Origin: an uncultured bacterium
GTDB taxonomy: Bacteria; Patescibacteriota; Minisyncoccia; Moranbacterales; UBA2206
Direction of reading: 5' to 3'
Length of the DNA: 60,745 nucleotides
Assembly: GCA_903937035.1 (NCBI GenBank)
Contig: CAIZXS010000005.1
Location: 1 to 60,745 of the forward strand
Shown piece after piece: positions 9,082 to 18,610 of the stretch (the stretch's first letter is position 1; every line of letters begins with the position of its first letter). A program made the translations under genes and the position numbers. The notes beneath the pieces were generated by a model that saw only the letters and a program-made list of their open reading frames with translations, did not search any database and had not been told where the DNA came from.

Positions 9082-9266
9082 CAATTTACGTTAATTATTA
9101 GGAAAAATGAATAGGGGAATGCTTTAATTCCTGACTTTTCTGCCGAACAAGGCTTTTCTTAGTAATTTCCTCAAACCCAGGAAATTTTTTATTTTTACAT
9201 AAAAGTTTGGACATTTTTTAATTTTTATCCCGTAGCCCTGATGTCAGCTACAAAAAATTTAATCAA

Positions 9267-10643
9267 ATGAACGATATACTCTCAAAATTAGCAACAGAAG
9301 TCGACAAATTGAGTGATGAAAAGACAGTTGCGCCAGTAACCACAGCAAAAGCAAACGAAAAAACAGCCAACGAAGAAAAGAAGCTTTCTTTTATGGAACA
9401 ATTGCTCCTAGATAACCCAATTGAATTTCCTGCTATTGGCAACACGATTATTGGGACAGTTCTTGAAGTCTCTTCAAGTGAAATTTATCTCGATCTTGGA
9501 CCATTTGGGACAGGATTGGTTTTGGGAAAGGAAATTAAGGATGGAATGGGAACCAATAAGCTAAAAATGGGGGACAAGGTTTCTGCTACTGTGACGGACT
9601 TGGAAAATGAAGAAGGTTATATCGAATTATCTATCCGTGAAGCCTCTTATGAAAAAGCTTGGGAAGATATCGAAAAGAAGAGAAATGCTGGAGACAAAGT
9701 TAAAACTAAGGTTATCAGCGCAAATAAAGGAGGACTACTCATCGAAATCAATGGTATCGCTGGATTTCTACCGGTTTCACAACTTTCCAGCAAGAATTAT
9801 CCTCGCGTTGAGGATGGCGATAAGAACAAAATTCTTAACTTGCTTAAAAAATTGGTCGGAAAAGAGCTTGAAGTTTGCGTGCTCGACATTGACCGTGAAG
9901 CTGAAAAATTGATTGCAAGTGAAAAAGCTGCTCAAAGCGACAAGGAAAAGGAAACTATTTCTAATTTCAAGGTGGGCGATGTCATTTCTGGCGAGATCAG
10001 CGGCGTAGTTGATTTTGGTGCTTTTGTGAAATTTTCTCCAATTAATGAATTTGGCGAAGCCAATGAGAAGGAAAAAGTGGAAGGATTGGTTCATATTTCA
10101 GAATTGGCTTGGCAACTAATCGAAAATCCAAGAACAATCGTGAAAGTAGGGGACAAGGTTGAGGCAAAAATTATCGGAATTGATAATGACAAAATTTCCC
10201 TTTCTATCCGTGCTTTGCAAGCTGACCCATGGAGTGAGGCAACTAATAAATATAAGGTAGGGGATATCGTTACTGGAAAAGTGCACAAAATTAATCACTT
10301 TGGTGCTTTCGTTTATCTAGACAATGATATTCATGGACTTGCACACATCAGCGAAATGCTTGATACGCATCCAGGAAAAAACATCAATGACCTAATCAAG
10401 ACCGGTGATGATTATAGCTGGAAAATACTTTCCATCGAACCAAGAGAGCACCGCATGGGGCTAACTCTAGTTTCTGACAAAGAAAAACCAACCAAAGAAG
10501 TGAAGGAAAAGAAAGTTAAGAAAGAGAAAATTGAAAAAGAAGAAAAAGCAGAAGGGAAAACAGAGGAGACAAGGGAAGAACCAGAAAAACCATTGGAGAA
10601 AAAAGTAAAGAAAGTTGAGAAGGAGAAAAAAGAGAAAGAATAA
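9267..10643 (+). CDS. rpsA: 30S ribosomal protein S1 (four S1 domains, charged tail)
   Basis: S1 repeats GFLPVSQ, DFGAFV..EGLVHISEL and HFGAFV..GLAHISE. Confidence 0.93.
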   Translation: MNDILSKLATEVDKLSDEKTVAPVTTAKANEKTANEEKKLSFMEQLLLDNPIEFPAIGNTIIGTVLEVSSSEIYLDLGPFGTGLVLGKEIKDGMGTNKLKMGDKVSATVTDLENEEGYIELSIREASYEKAWEDIEKKRNAGDKVKTKVISANKGGLLIEINGIAGFLPVSQLSSKNYPRVEDGDKNKILNLLKKLVGKELEVCVLDIDREAEKLIASEKAAQSDKEKETISNFKVGDVISGEISGVVDFGAFVKFSPINEFGEANEKEKVEGLVHISELAWQLIENPRTIVKVGDKVEAKIIGIDNDKISLSIRALQADPWSEATNKYKVGDIVTGKVHKINHFGAFVYLDNDIHGLAHISEMLDTHPGKNINDLIKTGDDYSWKILSIEPREHRMGLTLVSDKEKPTKEVKEKKVKKEKIEKEEKAEGKTEETREEPEKPLEKKVKKVEKEKKEKE

Positions 10644-10679
10644 ATTTAACGTAACAAATTTATTTTTAAAAACTAAAAT

Positions 10680-11237
10680 ATGATCATTACTATTACTGGA
10701 GAACCCGGTAGTGGCAAGAGCACTATTGGGAAAAAGTTAGCTCAAGAATTAGGCTATGACCATTATTATATCGGCCAGATCCGCAGAGACGCTGCAAAAA
10801 AAAGAGGGATGACATTGGCAGAATATAATAAATATGGGGAAACCCACCCCGAGACAGATATTGAAGTAGACGATTATCAAAAAAATCTCGGCAAAGAAAA
10901 AGATAACTTTGTGATTGAGGGGAGAACCAGCTGGTTTCTAATTCCTCATTCCACAAAAATCTATATTACGGTCGATCCAGAAGAAGGAGCAAGGAGAGTC
11001 TTCAAAGAACTTCAGGTAGACAATAATCGCAACGAGGACAACGGACTACTAACATTGACTGACGTACTAAGAAGTCACCGAGAAAGAGAGGCGAGTGATA
11101 TGCTGCGCTATCAGAAGTACTATCAAAAAAATTGTTCAGACAAAAACAACTTCGATTTAATAGTTGACACGACCAAACTAACTCCCAAGGAAGCTTTCGA
11201 CTCAGTTTGGAGCCATATCAAGGAAACAATCAAATAG
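10680..11237 (+). CDS. cmk: cytidylate kinase (archaeal-type family)
   Basis: MIITITGEPGSGKSTI P-loop, AKKRGMTL, VIEGR and DLIVDTT. Confidence 0.8.
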   Translation: MIITITGEPGSGKSTIGKKLAQELGYDHYYIGQIRRDAAKKRGMTLAEYNKYGETHPETDIEVDDYQKNLGKEKDNFVIEGRTSWFLIPHSTKIYITVDPEEGARRVFKELQVDNNRNEDNGLLTLTDVLRSHREREASDMLRYQKYYQKNCSDKNNFDLIVDTTKLTPKEAFDSVWSHIKETIK

Positions 11238-11255
11238 GCCTGCGCATTTATTCAA

Positions 11256-12203
11256 ATGAAAAAAAACCTGATCAAGAAAATCCAAAATTCTATTTTTGCC
11301 AATTCACTTTTTGAAAGAGGCGCAAAAATTATTTTAGGAGTTTCCGGAGGACCAGACTCGACGCTCCTGCTTGATGTATTTTCCAAATTACAAAAGAAAT
11401 ATGCGCTCGAACTTTCCATCGCCCATGTTAATTATCATCTGCGAGGATATGATAGCGAGAGGGATGAGCGCTTTGTGGAAAAGTTAGCGGAAAAATACGG
11501 ATTGTCTCTTGATATTCTCGATGCCCGAATTAAAGAGCAAGATAAATCAGAAGAAAAATTGCGTGATGTTCGTTATGTTTTTTTTGAAGAGCTGCGCAAG
11601 GAAAATAAATTCGACCTGATTGCTGTCGCGCACAACTGCGATGATCAAGCAGAAACGGTTTTGATGCGACTGATTCGTGGAACGGGCCTCAATGGTCTTT
11701 CTGCAATGCAAGCAAGAAACGGAAAAATTATTCGACCATTACTTGAAATTCCGCGCAAAGAAATTATTACATATTTAAAAACAAACAATTTAAGCTACCG
11801 AATCGACAAGACCAATAAACAGTCAATCTATCTGCGAAATAAGATTAGAAATAAATTAATTCCATATCTAGAGAAGAACTATAATCCAAACTTAAAACAA
11901 GTACTTGCAAAAAGTGCCAAAACTTTTGGAGAAGATTCCGCTGTGATTGAAGGGCTGACAAAAAAAGCTTGGCTGGAAAATAAAACATTAAGCGTTAAAA
12001 AAATCCTCGCGCTACCAGTTGCAATTCAAAAAAGAATTTTGCAAAAAGCGTTAGCGCAACTAAGACCCTCTGACACTCATGAGAATTTCACCCAGAGCGA
12101 AGAAATCCTGAAAGCATTGAGAAGCACAAAGAACAAAAACCAGACCGTCAAATGCGCGGGATTGAAAATGACAAGGTATGGTGATAAGATTATATTAGAA
12201 TAA
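11256..12203 (+). CDS. tilS: tRNA(Ile)-lysidine synthetase
   Basis: SGGPDS PP-loop, AHVNY, AHNCDDQAET, IIRPLL and RNKIR. Directly upstream of ftsH as is typical. Confidence 0.95.
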   Translation: MKKNLIKKIQNSIFANSLFERGAKIILGVSGGPDSTLLLDVFSKLQKKYALELSIAHVNYHLRGYDSERDERFVEKLAEKYGLSLDILDARIKEQDKSEEKLRDVRYVFFEELRKENKFDLIAVAHNCDDQAETVLMRLIRGTGLNGLSAMQARNGKIIRPLLEIPRKEIITYLKTNNLSYRIDKTNKQSIYLRNKIRNKLIPYLEKNYNPNLKQVLAKSAKTFGEDSAVIEGLTKKAWLENKTLSVKKILALPVAIQKRILQKALAQLRPSDTHENFTQSEEILKALRSTKNKNQTVKCAGLKMTRYGDKIILE

Positions 12204-12215
12204 TTTTAATATTTA

Positions 12216-12366
12216 CAGGATTTAAACATTTGCCAAAAACAAGCTTTTCTATAGCCAAAGTTGATTGAAAAAATCCTTGATGGTTTCAGGGGTAAGAATA
12301 AGCAAAAGACAAACTCTAAGAAGCCATGCGCTTTAAAGATTGTTTTTGGTAAATGTGTAAATCATA
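12216..12366 (+). mobile_element. MITE-like element, copy 1
   Basis: About 150 bp, aligning with 51197-51345 (shared blocks TTGCCAA.AACAAGCTTTTCTATAGCCAA and GCGCTTTAAAGATTGTTTTTGGTAAA). Degenerate terminal inverted repeats. Confidence 0.7.
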
Positions 12367-12389
12367 ATTCATATAACCAAACAAACTCT

Positions 12390-14285
12390 ATGAAAAATCT
12401 GCTCAGAAACGTTAGCTATGTTTTATTCTTTTTTGTATTTGTTGCGGGCATTCTAATTTTATTCAGTAACCCAGAAAAAAAACCGGAAGAAATTTCACTC
12501 TCCACGCTCGTTACGCAGATTAATGATCAAAAAATAAAAGAAATCACAGTTACGAACGACGAGCTCAGTGTCACTATGGTTGATGGGAAAATTGAAAAAG
12601 CCCTAAAGGAAAAAGAAGCTGGGATTACGGAAACATTCAAAAATTACGGAGTAGACCAGGAAAAGCTGAAAGGGGTTAACATATTAGTCAAAGGAGAGAG
12701 CGCAAGCAGTCTTTGGCTTGGAGCGATCCTACCATTTCTTCTACCATTTCTCTTAATCGCTGGCTTTATTTGGTTCATGCTTCGTCAAGCACAAAGAGGC
12801 AACAATCAGGCACTATCCTTTGGTATGTCCAAGGCACGCGTGTCAGATCCAAAAGACAAAAAGAATCGTGTCGTCTTTAATGATGTCGCGGGAGCGAAGG
12901 AAGCTAAGGAAGAACTCTATGAAATCGTAGAGTTTCTCAAAACTCCCAAAAAGTTTCTTAATCTTGGGGCAAAAATTCCTAAGGGCGTCTTATTGCTTGG
13001 CTCACCTGGAACAGGAAAGACCTTAATCGCAAAAGCAGTGGCAGGCGAAGCTAATGTACCATTTTTCAATATTTCCGGTTCTGAATTCGTAGAGATGTTC
13101 GTTGGAGTTGGCGCCAGCCGCGTGCGTGATCTCTTCAAGCAAGCCAAAAAAAATTCACCAGCGATTGTGTTTATCGATGAAATTGATGCTGTTGGAAGGC
13201 ACCGTGGAGCAGGACTCGGCGGGGGACATGACGAACGCGAGCAAACTTTAAACCAAATTCTTGTGGAAATGGATGGTTTCGACACAAATACAAACGTAAT
13301 TGTTATTGCCGCTACAAACAGACCAGATGTACTTGACCCAGCGCTCCTTCGCCCAGGCCGCTTTGATCGCCGAGTAGTGATGGACCTGCCAGACATTGAA
13401 GAACGCGCAGCAATCCTCAAAATTCATGCCAAAAACAAGCCTCTCGTCAAGGAAGTTGATTTACGCGTTATCGCCCAAAGAACTCCTGGATTTTCTGGCG
13501 CTGATCTATCAAATTTGCTCAATGAAGCTGCCATCCTTTCCGCACGACGTGGCAAAAAAACGATTGGAATGACTGAACTGGCTGAATCAATCGAAAAAGT
13601 CATTCTTGGGCCGGAACGAAAAAGTCGACGCATTGATGAAGAGGAGAAGAAAATCATCGCCTATCACGAGGCAGGCCATGCTCTTGTCGCCGCCACATTA
13701 ACACATGCAGATCCGGTTCAAAAGATTTCCATCATTTCTCGTGGAAATGCCGGCGGATACACACTAAATGCACCAACTAAAGACAAGACACTCCATTCTC
13801 GCAATTATTTCATCGACGAGCTATCAGTCTTTTTGGGAGGCTATCTCAGCGAAAGATTGACCTTTGGCGATATTACAACGGGGGCATCTAACGACCTCGA
13901 AAGAGCAACTGCCATCGCCAGAAATCTCGTTACGCGCTATGGAATGAGCGATCTCGGCCCTCGCACTTTTGGACGTAAAGAAGAAATGGTCTTTTTGGGC
14001 AAAGAAATGCATGAAGAAAAAAATTATTCAGAAGAAACTGCCCGCGAAATTGACAATCAAGTTACAAAATTCATCGCTGATGCCTATAAGGTTGCCGAAA
14101 AAATCCTGATTGATAAAAAAGAACTATTAGACAAAATCTCAAATGTTCTTTTGGAAAAGGAAACCATTGAGCAAGCTCAATTCAATGAAATCATGGGGAT
14201 TGCCCCTGTAGAAAAAAATGAAGAAGAAGTATTTACAGAAAAAATAGAAGACGAAGCCGAGGTTATCGAAGTAAAAACAAATTAA
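12390..14285 (+). CDS. ftsH: ATP-dependent zinc metalloprotease FtsH
   Basis: Two TM helices, Walker [28 protein letters not shown] and HEAGH. Start moved to ATG 12390 because the upstream in-frame stretch is the MITE. Confidence 0.97.
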   Translation: MKNLLRNVSYVLFFFVFVAGILILFSNPEKKPEEISLSTLVTQINDQKIKEITVTNDELSVTMVDGKIEKALKEKEAGITETFKNYGVDQEKLKGVNILVKGESASSLWLGAILPFLLPFLLIAGFIWFMLRQAQRGNNQALSFGMSKARVSDPKDKKNRVVFNDVAGAKEAKEELYEIVEFLKTPKKFLNLGAKIPKGVLLLGSPGTGKTLIAKAVAGEANVPFFNISGSEFVEMFVGVGASRVRDLFKQAKKNSPAIVFIDEIDAVGRHRGAGLGGGHDEREQTLNQILVEMDGFDTNTNVIVIAATNRPDVLDPALLRPGRFDRRVVMDLPDIEERAAILKIHAKNKPLVKEVDLRVIAQRTPGFSGADLSNLLNEAAILSARRGKKTIGMTELAESIEKVILGPERKSRRIDEEEKKIIAYHEAGHALVAATLTHADPVQKISIISRGNAGGYTLNAPTKDKTLHSRNYFIDELSVFLGGYLSERLTFGDITTGASNDLERATAIARNLVTRYGMSDLGPRTFGRKEEMVFLGKEMHEEKNYSEETAREIDNQVTKFIADAYKVAEKILIDKKELLDKISNVLLEKETIEQAQFNEIMGIAPVEKNEEEVFTEKIEDEAEVIEVKTN

Positions 14286-14306
14286 AAATCGAACAACATC
14301 ATATTT

Positions 14307-15302
14307 ATGCCTAATATCGATTATCTAAAAATTTTCCGCGACGCGTGGAAGATCACTTGGAAAAACCGCTTTTTGTGGTGGTTTGGCTTTTTTATGTTAG
14401 CTTCTGGAGGATTGAATTATAACTATTTCTCTTCTGGAAACGAAAAACCGCAGAAAGATTGGCAAGCTTTTACTGAAAAAATTGATTTGCAACAATTCCT
14501 GCTAGAGCACGCCACTCTCATAGCAATCGGACTAACCCTACTGGTTATACTTTTTCTTGTTTTTTTGATTTTAAATTTTATCGCCCGTGGAGCGCTAATC
14601 AAGTCGACGCAGAAAATACTAAAAAAAGAAGTCGCCAATTTCAGCTCCGGTTTTCAGGATGGTAAGAAGTATTTCTGGAAGATACTCTCTATCTTCTTTT
14701 TTTCAGGATTACTCATTTTTATTTGCTTTATTGTGCTTTTTACGCCAATCATTATCTTATTCCTGGCAAAATCCTATGTCATTGGGACAATCCTTGCGAT
14801 TCTCGCGCTAGTAATCGTCATTCCACTACTCATCCTCACAAAATACATCCAGTCTTACGCAGGCTATTACGCTGTTTTGGCCGATTTAAAACCTTGGCTT
14901 GCAGTAGAAAATGCCTATGCTCTTTTCAAGAAAAACATACTGGCCAGCATAATTATGTCTCTACTCTTCATTCCCATTGGAATTCTTTCAATTTTTATTG
15001 CTATAGCGATTATACTAGTGACCATCATTATTTTTGGTCTCATTGGTTTGGCCCTATTTTTCGCCATAAAAGACACGGGCGTGATTATCGCCGTCGCACT
15101 AGGACTGATATTTTTCATTCCCGCAATAATTCTTTTCTATTCAATATTTAGCACATTTTCTGAAGTTGCCTGGGTTTTGTTTTTTCATGTTATTGCAACG
15201 CCAAAAGAAAAAGAAAAGATTGTTGAAAAAATCTCAGAAGAAGAAAAATCTACAATTTTGCCCGCAACGGAAACGATAAAAACAGCTGAGATTGATGAGT
15301 AG
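14307..15302 (+). CDS. polytopic membrane protein of unknown function
   Basis: Multiple hydrophobic helices; N-terminal AWKITWKNRFLWWFG. Confidence 0.75.
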   Translation: MPNIDYLKIFRDAWKITWKNRFLWWFGFFMLASGGLNYNYFSSGNEKPQKDWQAFTEKIDLQQFLLEHATLIAIGLTLLVILFLVFLILNFIARGALIKSTQKILKKEVANFSSGFQDGKKYFWKILSIFFFSGLLIFICFIVLFTPIIILFLAKSYVIGTILAILALVIVIPLLILTKYIQSYAGYYAVLADLKPWLAVENAYALFKKNILASIIMSLLFIPIGILSIFIAIAIILVTIIIFGLIGLALFFAIKDTGVIIAVALGLIFFIPAIILFYSIFSTFSEVAWVLFFHVIATPKEKEKIVEKISEEEKSTILPATETIKTAEIDE

Positions 15303-15304
15303 TT

Positions 15305-15333
15305 TTGACGGGGATTGTTTTTTACGGTAGGCT
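15305..15333 (+). promoter_or_regulatory. sigma70-type promoter of second tRNA cluster
   Basis: TTGACG-N17-TAGGCT. Confidence 0.55.
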
Positions 15334-15362
15334 AAATAAGTATTTTGGCCCATAGTTCAGTC

Positions 15363-15480
15363 TCACTCCACACCATTTTTTGGGTCTGTAGCTCAGTTGG
15401 TTAGAGCGCTACATTGACATTGTAGAGGTCTCCAGTTCGAGTCTGGACAGACCCACCGTTTTAAAAATGGTGTGGAGTGA
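15363..15480. repeat. perfect 18-bp inverted repeat enclosing tRNA-Val(GAC)
   Basis: TCACTCCACACCATTTTT (15363-15380) and AAAAATGGTGTGGAGTGA (15463-15480). Confidence 0.85.
15382..15455 (+). tRNA. tRNA-Val(GAC)
   Basis: Acceptor GGGTCTG/CAGACCC, anticodon arm CTACA-TTGACAT-TGTAG, T-arm TCCAG-TTCGAGT-CTGGA. Confidence 0.93.
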
Positions 15481-15481
15481 A

Positions 15482-15556
15482 GTTAGAGCGCTACATTGAC
15501 ATAGTAGAGGTTTCAGAGGTTCCCTGCCGGCAGGCAGTGAGTCCTCTCACACCCAC
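15482..15556 (+). pseudogene. decayed tRNA-Val-like copy with a palindromic insert in the T-loop
   Basis: GTTAGAGCGCTACATTGACATAGTAGAGG..AGAGGTTC[CCTGCCGGCAGGCAGT 15523-15538]GAGTCCTCTCACACCCAC. Confidence 0.75.
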
Positions 15557-15565
15557 AAATAAAAA

Positions 15566-15641
15566 GGGACCATAGCTCAGCGGTTAGAGCAGGAAACTCA
15601 TAATTTCTTGGTCGCTGGTTCGAATCCAGCTGGTCCCACCA
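15566..15641 (+). tRNA. tRNA-Ile2(CAT) (lysidine-modified; elongator Met less likely)
   Basis: Cloverleaf with CTCATAA loop and encoded CCA. The body TAGCTCAG.GGTTAGAGCAGG..ACTCATAAT...TTGGTCGCTGGTTC closely resembles known bacterial tRNA-Ile2. Confidence 0.85.
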
Positions 15642-15655
15642 TATTCACTATTCAT

Positions 15656-15689
15656 TTGGTCGTCCCGCCGAGGCAGGGCTGGTCTCACA
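15656..15689 (+). pseudogene. remnant of the tRNA-Ile2 3' end with the T-arm replaced by a small palindrome
   Basis: TTGGTCGT-CCCGCCGAGGCAGG-GCTGGTCTCACA versus parent TTGGTCGC-TGGTTCGAATCCA-GCTGGTCCCACCA. Confidence 0.55.
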
Positions 15690-15756
15690 AATTCAAAAAA
15701 ACCACTAAATTAATTAGTGGTATTTTCATATAATCCCTTAAGTAATACTGTAGTGG

Positions 15757-16020
15757 CTATGATTTATCATCACACTCTTCAGTTAGGACAATAGGCTCTT
15801 CGTCGTCATCCTCAGCCTTATCTTCAGATTTATCATCTAAACCTATGGAAGCAGCAAATTCCGCACCGCCTAAAGCTAAAATACGCTCCGCCTCTTTCCT
15901 GTCTAGAGAACTGACTTTCTCCAGTGGCTTTTCTGATCCACCAGGTCTTGTGCCAATTTCAGCATAATCCTTTTTCGCATTTTTACCACTATTGATTAGT
16001 TCTGGAGTCTCGTGTCCCAT
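15757..16020 (-). CDS. small acidic hypothetical protein
   Basis: 87-aa ORF with an A-rich leader, co-directional with the xer gene. Confidence 0.5.
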   Translation of the reverse strand: MGHETPELINSGKNAKKDYAEIGTRPGGSEKPLEKVSSLDRKEAERILALGGAEFAASIGLDDKSEDKAEDDDEEPIVLTEECDDKS

Positions 16021-16092
16021 AATTTTGATTTTTTATAATTATTTAACCCCTCCCTATCATAACATACTGGCATCTTTATCTAAATAACCATA

Positions 16093-17028
16093 CTATTTTT
16101 TTCTCCTCGAATGAAACGCCTGATGTACCTCCTTTAGCTGTTTATTGGTAACATGTGTATAAACCTGCGTTGTCGTAATCGACGAATGTCCAAGCATCGC
16201 CTGCACGGAGCGAATATCGGCGCCGTTAATCAATAAATCAGTTGCAAAAGAATGACGCAGGGTGTGGGGATGGACATCTTTCACGATCCCAGCTTTCACG
16301 GCATAGTATTTTACGATTCTTTGGATTGATCTTGGCGTTAACCTCAAGTTATCCACAGTTTTTTTGGCATTTTTGCCTTCAAATTTCTTTAGTCCAGCAA
16401 CATCTCGCACAAAAAGCGCCGAATCAGTGTCTATTCGCTTGTCTAGATATCGACTTATTGCCTGAGAAGCAGAATCAGAGATGAACACCACGCGCACTTT
16501 ATCCCCCTTACCTCGCACACTAAGCTCTTGCCGCTTAAGATCAATTTTCTCGCGATTAATACTGGTCAATTCAGAAACTCGAAGACCAGCAGAAAACAAT
16601 AGCTCTAAAATAGCTCGATCACGCAAACTTTTTAGATCTTGCCCGCCTGCCTGGGAAAGAATTCGCTCTACCTCTTCCATTTCCAAAAAATCCACCTCTC
16701 GCGTTGACGACCTACCAATTTCAATTTTCTCGGCCTGCAAGGACTTTATATCTCTTTTAGCTAAAAATTTCAAAAAACCACGAATTGCAATCACATAATA
16801 GCTTTGGGTAATTTTTTTAAGCTTTTGACCATTTGCATCTTCATAGCGATTAAGATAAATACGAAAGTTCCTCACAACTTCAGATGTAATTTGCTCAGGC
16901 TTGGAAATTTTTGACCATTCCAAAAAACGCCTGAGGTAGTGATCGTAATTTTCAATTGTTTTCTGAGAACGACCCTTCTCAATCTCTAAATGCTCCAGGA
17001 ATTGAATCTCAAGTTCTTTGATTTGCAT
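16093..17028 (-). CDS. XerC/XerD-family site-specific tyrosine recombinase
   Basis: SAM-like N-domain (SQKTIENY), GLRVSEL, GKGDKVR, HTLRHSFAT and LGHSSITTTQVY (R-K-H-R-H-Y). Confidence 0.92.
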   Translation of the reverse strand: MQIKELEIQFLEHLEIEKGRSQKTIENYDHYLRRFLEWSKISKPEQITSEVVRNFRIYLNRYEDANGQKLKKITQSYYVIAIRGFLKFLAKRDIKSLQAEKIEIGRSSTREVDFLEMEEVERILSQAGGQDLKSLRDRAILELLFSAGLRVSELTSINREKIDLKRQELSVRGKGDKVRVVFISDSASQAISRYLDKRIDTDSALFVRDVAGLKKFEGKNAKKTVDNLRLTPRSIQRIVKYYAVKAGIVKDVHPHTLRHSFATDLLINGADIRSVQAMLGHSSITTTQVYTHVTNKQLKEVHQAFHSRRKK

Positions 17029-17054
17029 ATCCCTATTCTATACCAAAATCATGA

Positions 17055-17083
17055 TTGACAAAAATCCCCTAGCAAGCTATACT
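17055..17083 (+). promoter_or_regulatory. sigma70-type promoter
   Basis: TTGACA-N17-TATACT. Confidence 0.7.
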
Positions 17084-17263
17084 GTCTAGCAGGTAAAAAT
17101 TAGGGTTTTAGGACTAAGGTTTGCTCAGTTATTCCCGCCGGGAAAAGGCAAAATTCTTGCTAAAACCATATGAAAGGTTAATTGTATTAGTAATCTAATT
17201 CAAACAACTTCTCGAACTATCTTTTGTAGAAAAAATTTAAAGACCCTTGTTACTAAAGTTTTT

Positions 17264-18364
17264 TTGGCACAAAAAAACATCGTAACCTTCATAAAAAAGC
17301 GCCGAACGGTGAAGCTTTTGCATATTTTCAGAAATTATTCCTCATTTGTTGTTGTTGCTTCAAGTGCGCTTTTAGTTTCCGCTACCAACCTTGCTGCCGG
17401 ACAAAACTCCAGTGGTTTTTTATTTGGCTATCTTGGTAGTAGCGACAATTACGCCAGTCCCTTGGAAAATAAGATGTTTTTGACAGCAAACAAGAAAACC
17501 TCTCTCGCTCTCGCACCCCTTTTGGAAGCAGAAGCGGTTCCCAATCCAATGTTGAAAGCCACAGAAGATCCAACCGATCCAATGCTTATGCAAGGAAATG
17601 CCCTAGTTTGTGAAAACAGCCCAGTCCTGAAGGATCCTGAGGAAGATGGCGGTGTTGTTATTTATGAGGTAAAAGAAGGTGACACCGTGAGCTCAATTGC
17701 CGCCGCTAACAATGTCAGCACCAATACATTACTATGGGCCAACGCCATCGATGATGTAAACTCCATTATGCCAGGAGACAAGATATTCATCCTCCCAGTG
17801 TCTGGATTAGCCTATACTGTCAAAAATGGCGATGATATCAACAGCATTGCCAAGGAATTCAAGGCTGATAAGGATAAAATCATAGCATTTAATTCACTTC
17901 ATCTTGATGGAGAATTAAAAGTCGGAGAAACAATAACGATTCCGGATGGACAAAAAGAACTTCCTAAGCCAAAACCAGTAGAAAACCCAATTGGAATCGC
18001 TCAACGGCCATATGAAACATTCGAATCAGCTGGTAAGACTCTGAGTGGTTCTGGCGGAACCAGCCACAGATTCCCCTATGGTTATTGCACTTGGTATGTA
18101 GCTCAGAAGAGAAACGTTCCTTGGGGTGGAAATGCTGGAACATGGCTATATCATGCCAAGTCTGCTGGATACGCAACTGGAAAAACTCCAACTGTCGGAT
18201 CAATTATGGTTTCTTCTGAGTCTTGGTGGGGACACGTTGCCCTCGTGACCAGTGTCAGTGCTGACAGCTTTACTGTTTCGGAAATGAATTATAAAGGCTG
18301 GGCCAAAAAATCAACTCGCACGATTGCCAAGGGTAGCCGGGTAATCAAGGGGTTTATTCGCTAG
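17264..18364 (+). CDS. LysM x2 + CHAP-domain peptidoglycan hydrolase
   Basis: LysM repeats YEVKEGDTVSSIA and YTVKNGDDINSIA; CHAP GYCTWYV...WGGNA...GHVA..V.EMN. Start uncertain. Confidence 0.9.
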   Translation: MAQKNIVTFIKKRRTVKLLHIFRNYSSFVVVASSALLVSATNLAAGQNSSGFLFGYLGSSDNYASPLENKMFLTANKKTSLALAPLLEAEAVPNPMLKATEDPTDPMLMQGNALVCENSPVLKDPEEDGGVVIYEVKEGDTVSSIAAANNVSTNTLLWANAIDDVNSIMPGDKIFILPVSGLAYTVKNGDDINSIAKEFKADKDKIIAFNSLHLDGELKVGETITIPDGQKELPKPKPVENPIGIAQRPYETFESAGKTLSGSGGTSHRFPYGYCTWYVAQKRNVPWGGNAGTWLYHAKSAGYATGKTPTVGSIMVSSESWWGHVALVTSVSADSFTVSEMNYKGWAKKSTRTIAKGSRVIKGFIR

Positions 18365-18385
18365 CACCTACTTTGATATAGACAC

Positions 18386-18419
18386 AAAAAACGTCCCGGA
18401 TTATTTTGGGACGTTTTTT
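18386..18419. terminator. bidirectional intrinsic terminator
   Basis: AAAAAACGTCCCGG-ATTATT-TTGGGACGTTTTTT between convergent genes. Confidence 0.75.
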
Positions 18420-18610
18420 GTTTTTTTTGGGGAAAGATCAATAGGACAAGTGAGGGAAAAGGGTGTTGCAATAAAAAACTATACATAAAAAGTGTTAACT
18501 GGTCATTGAAAGGCCCCTTCCTTATCTGGCTTTCAGCCACCAGCCTGCAACGCTTCGCGTAGCGATACGGGCAGAGCATCTCCCTAATGAAGAAGGGGAA
18601 ATAAATAAAG

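Noticed and set aside
12261-12389. 43-aa N-terminal extension of FtsH in the ORF track
   Set aside because: It is translated MITE sequence; ATG 12390 gives a normal FtsH N-terminus.
15363-17028. Prophage or genomic island integrated at the tRNA cluster via the adjacent tyrosine recombinase
   Set aside because: The recombinase looks like a housekeeping XerC/D, its neighbours are core genes, and the tRNA duplicates are immediately adjacent with no cargo between them.
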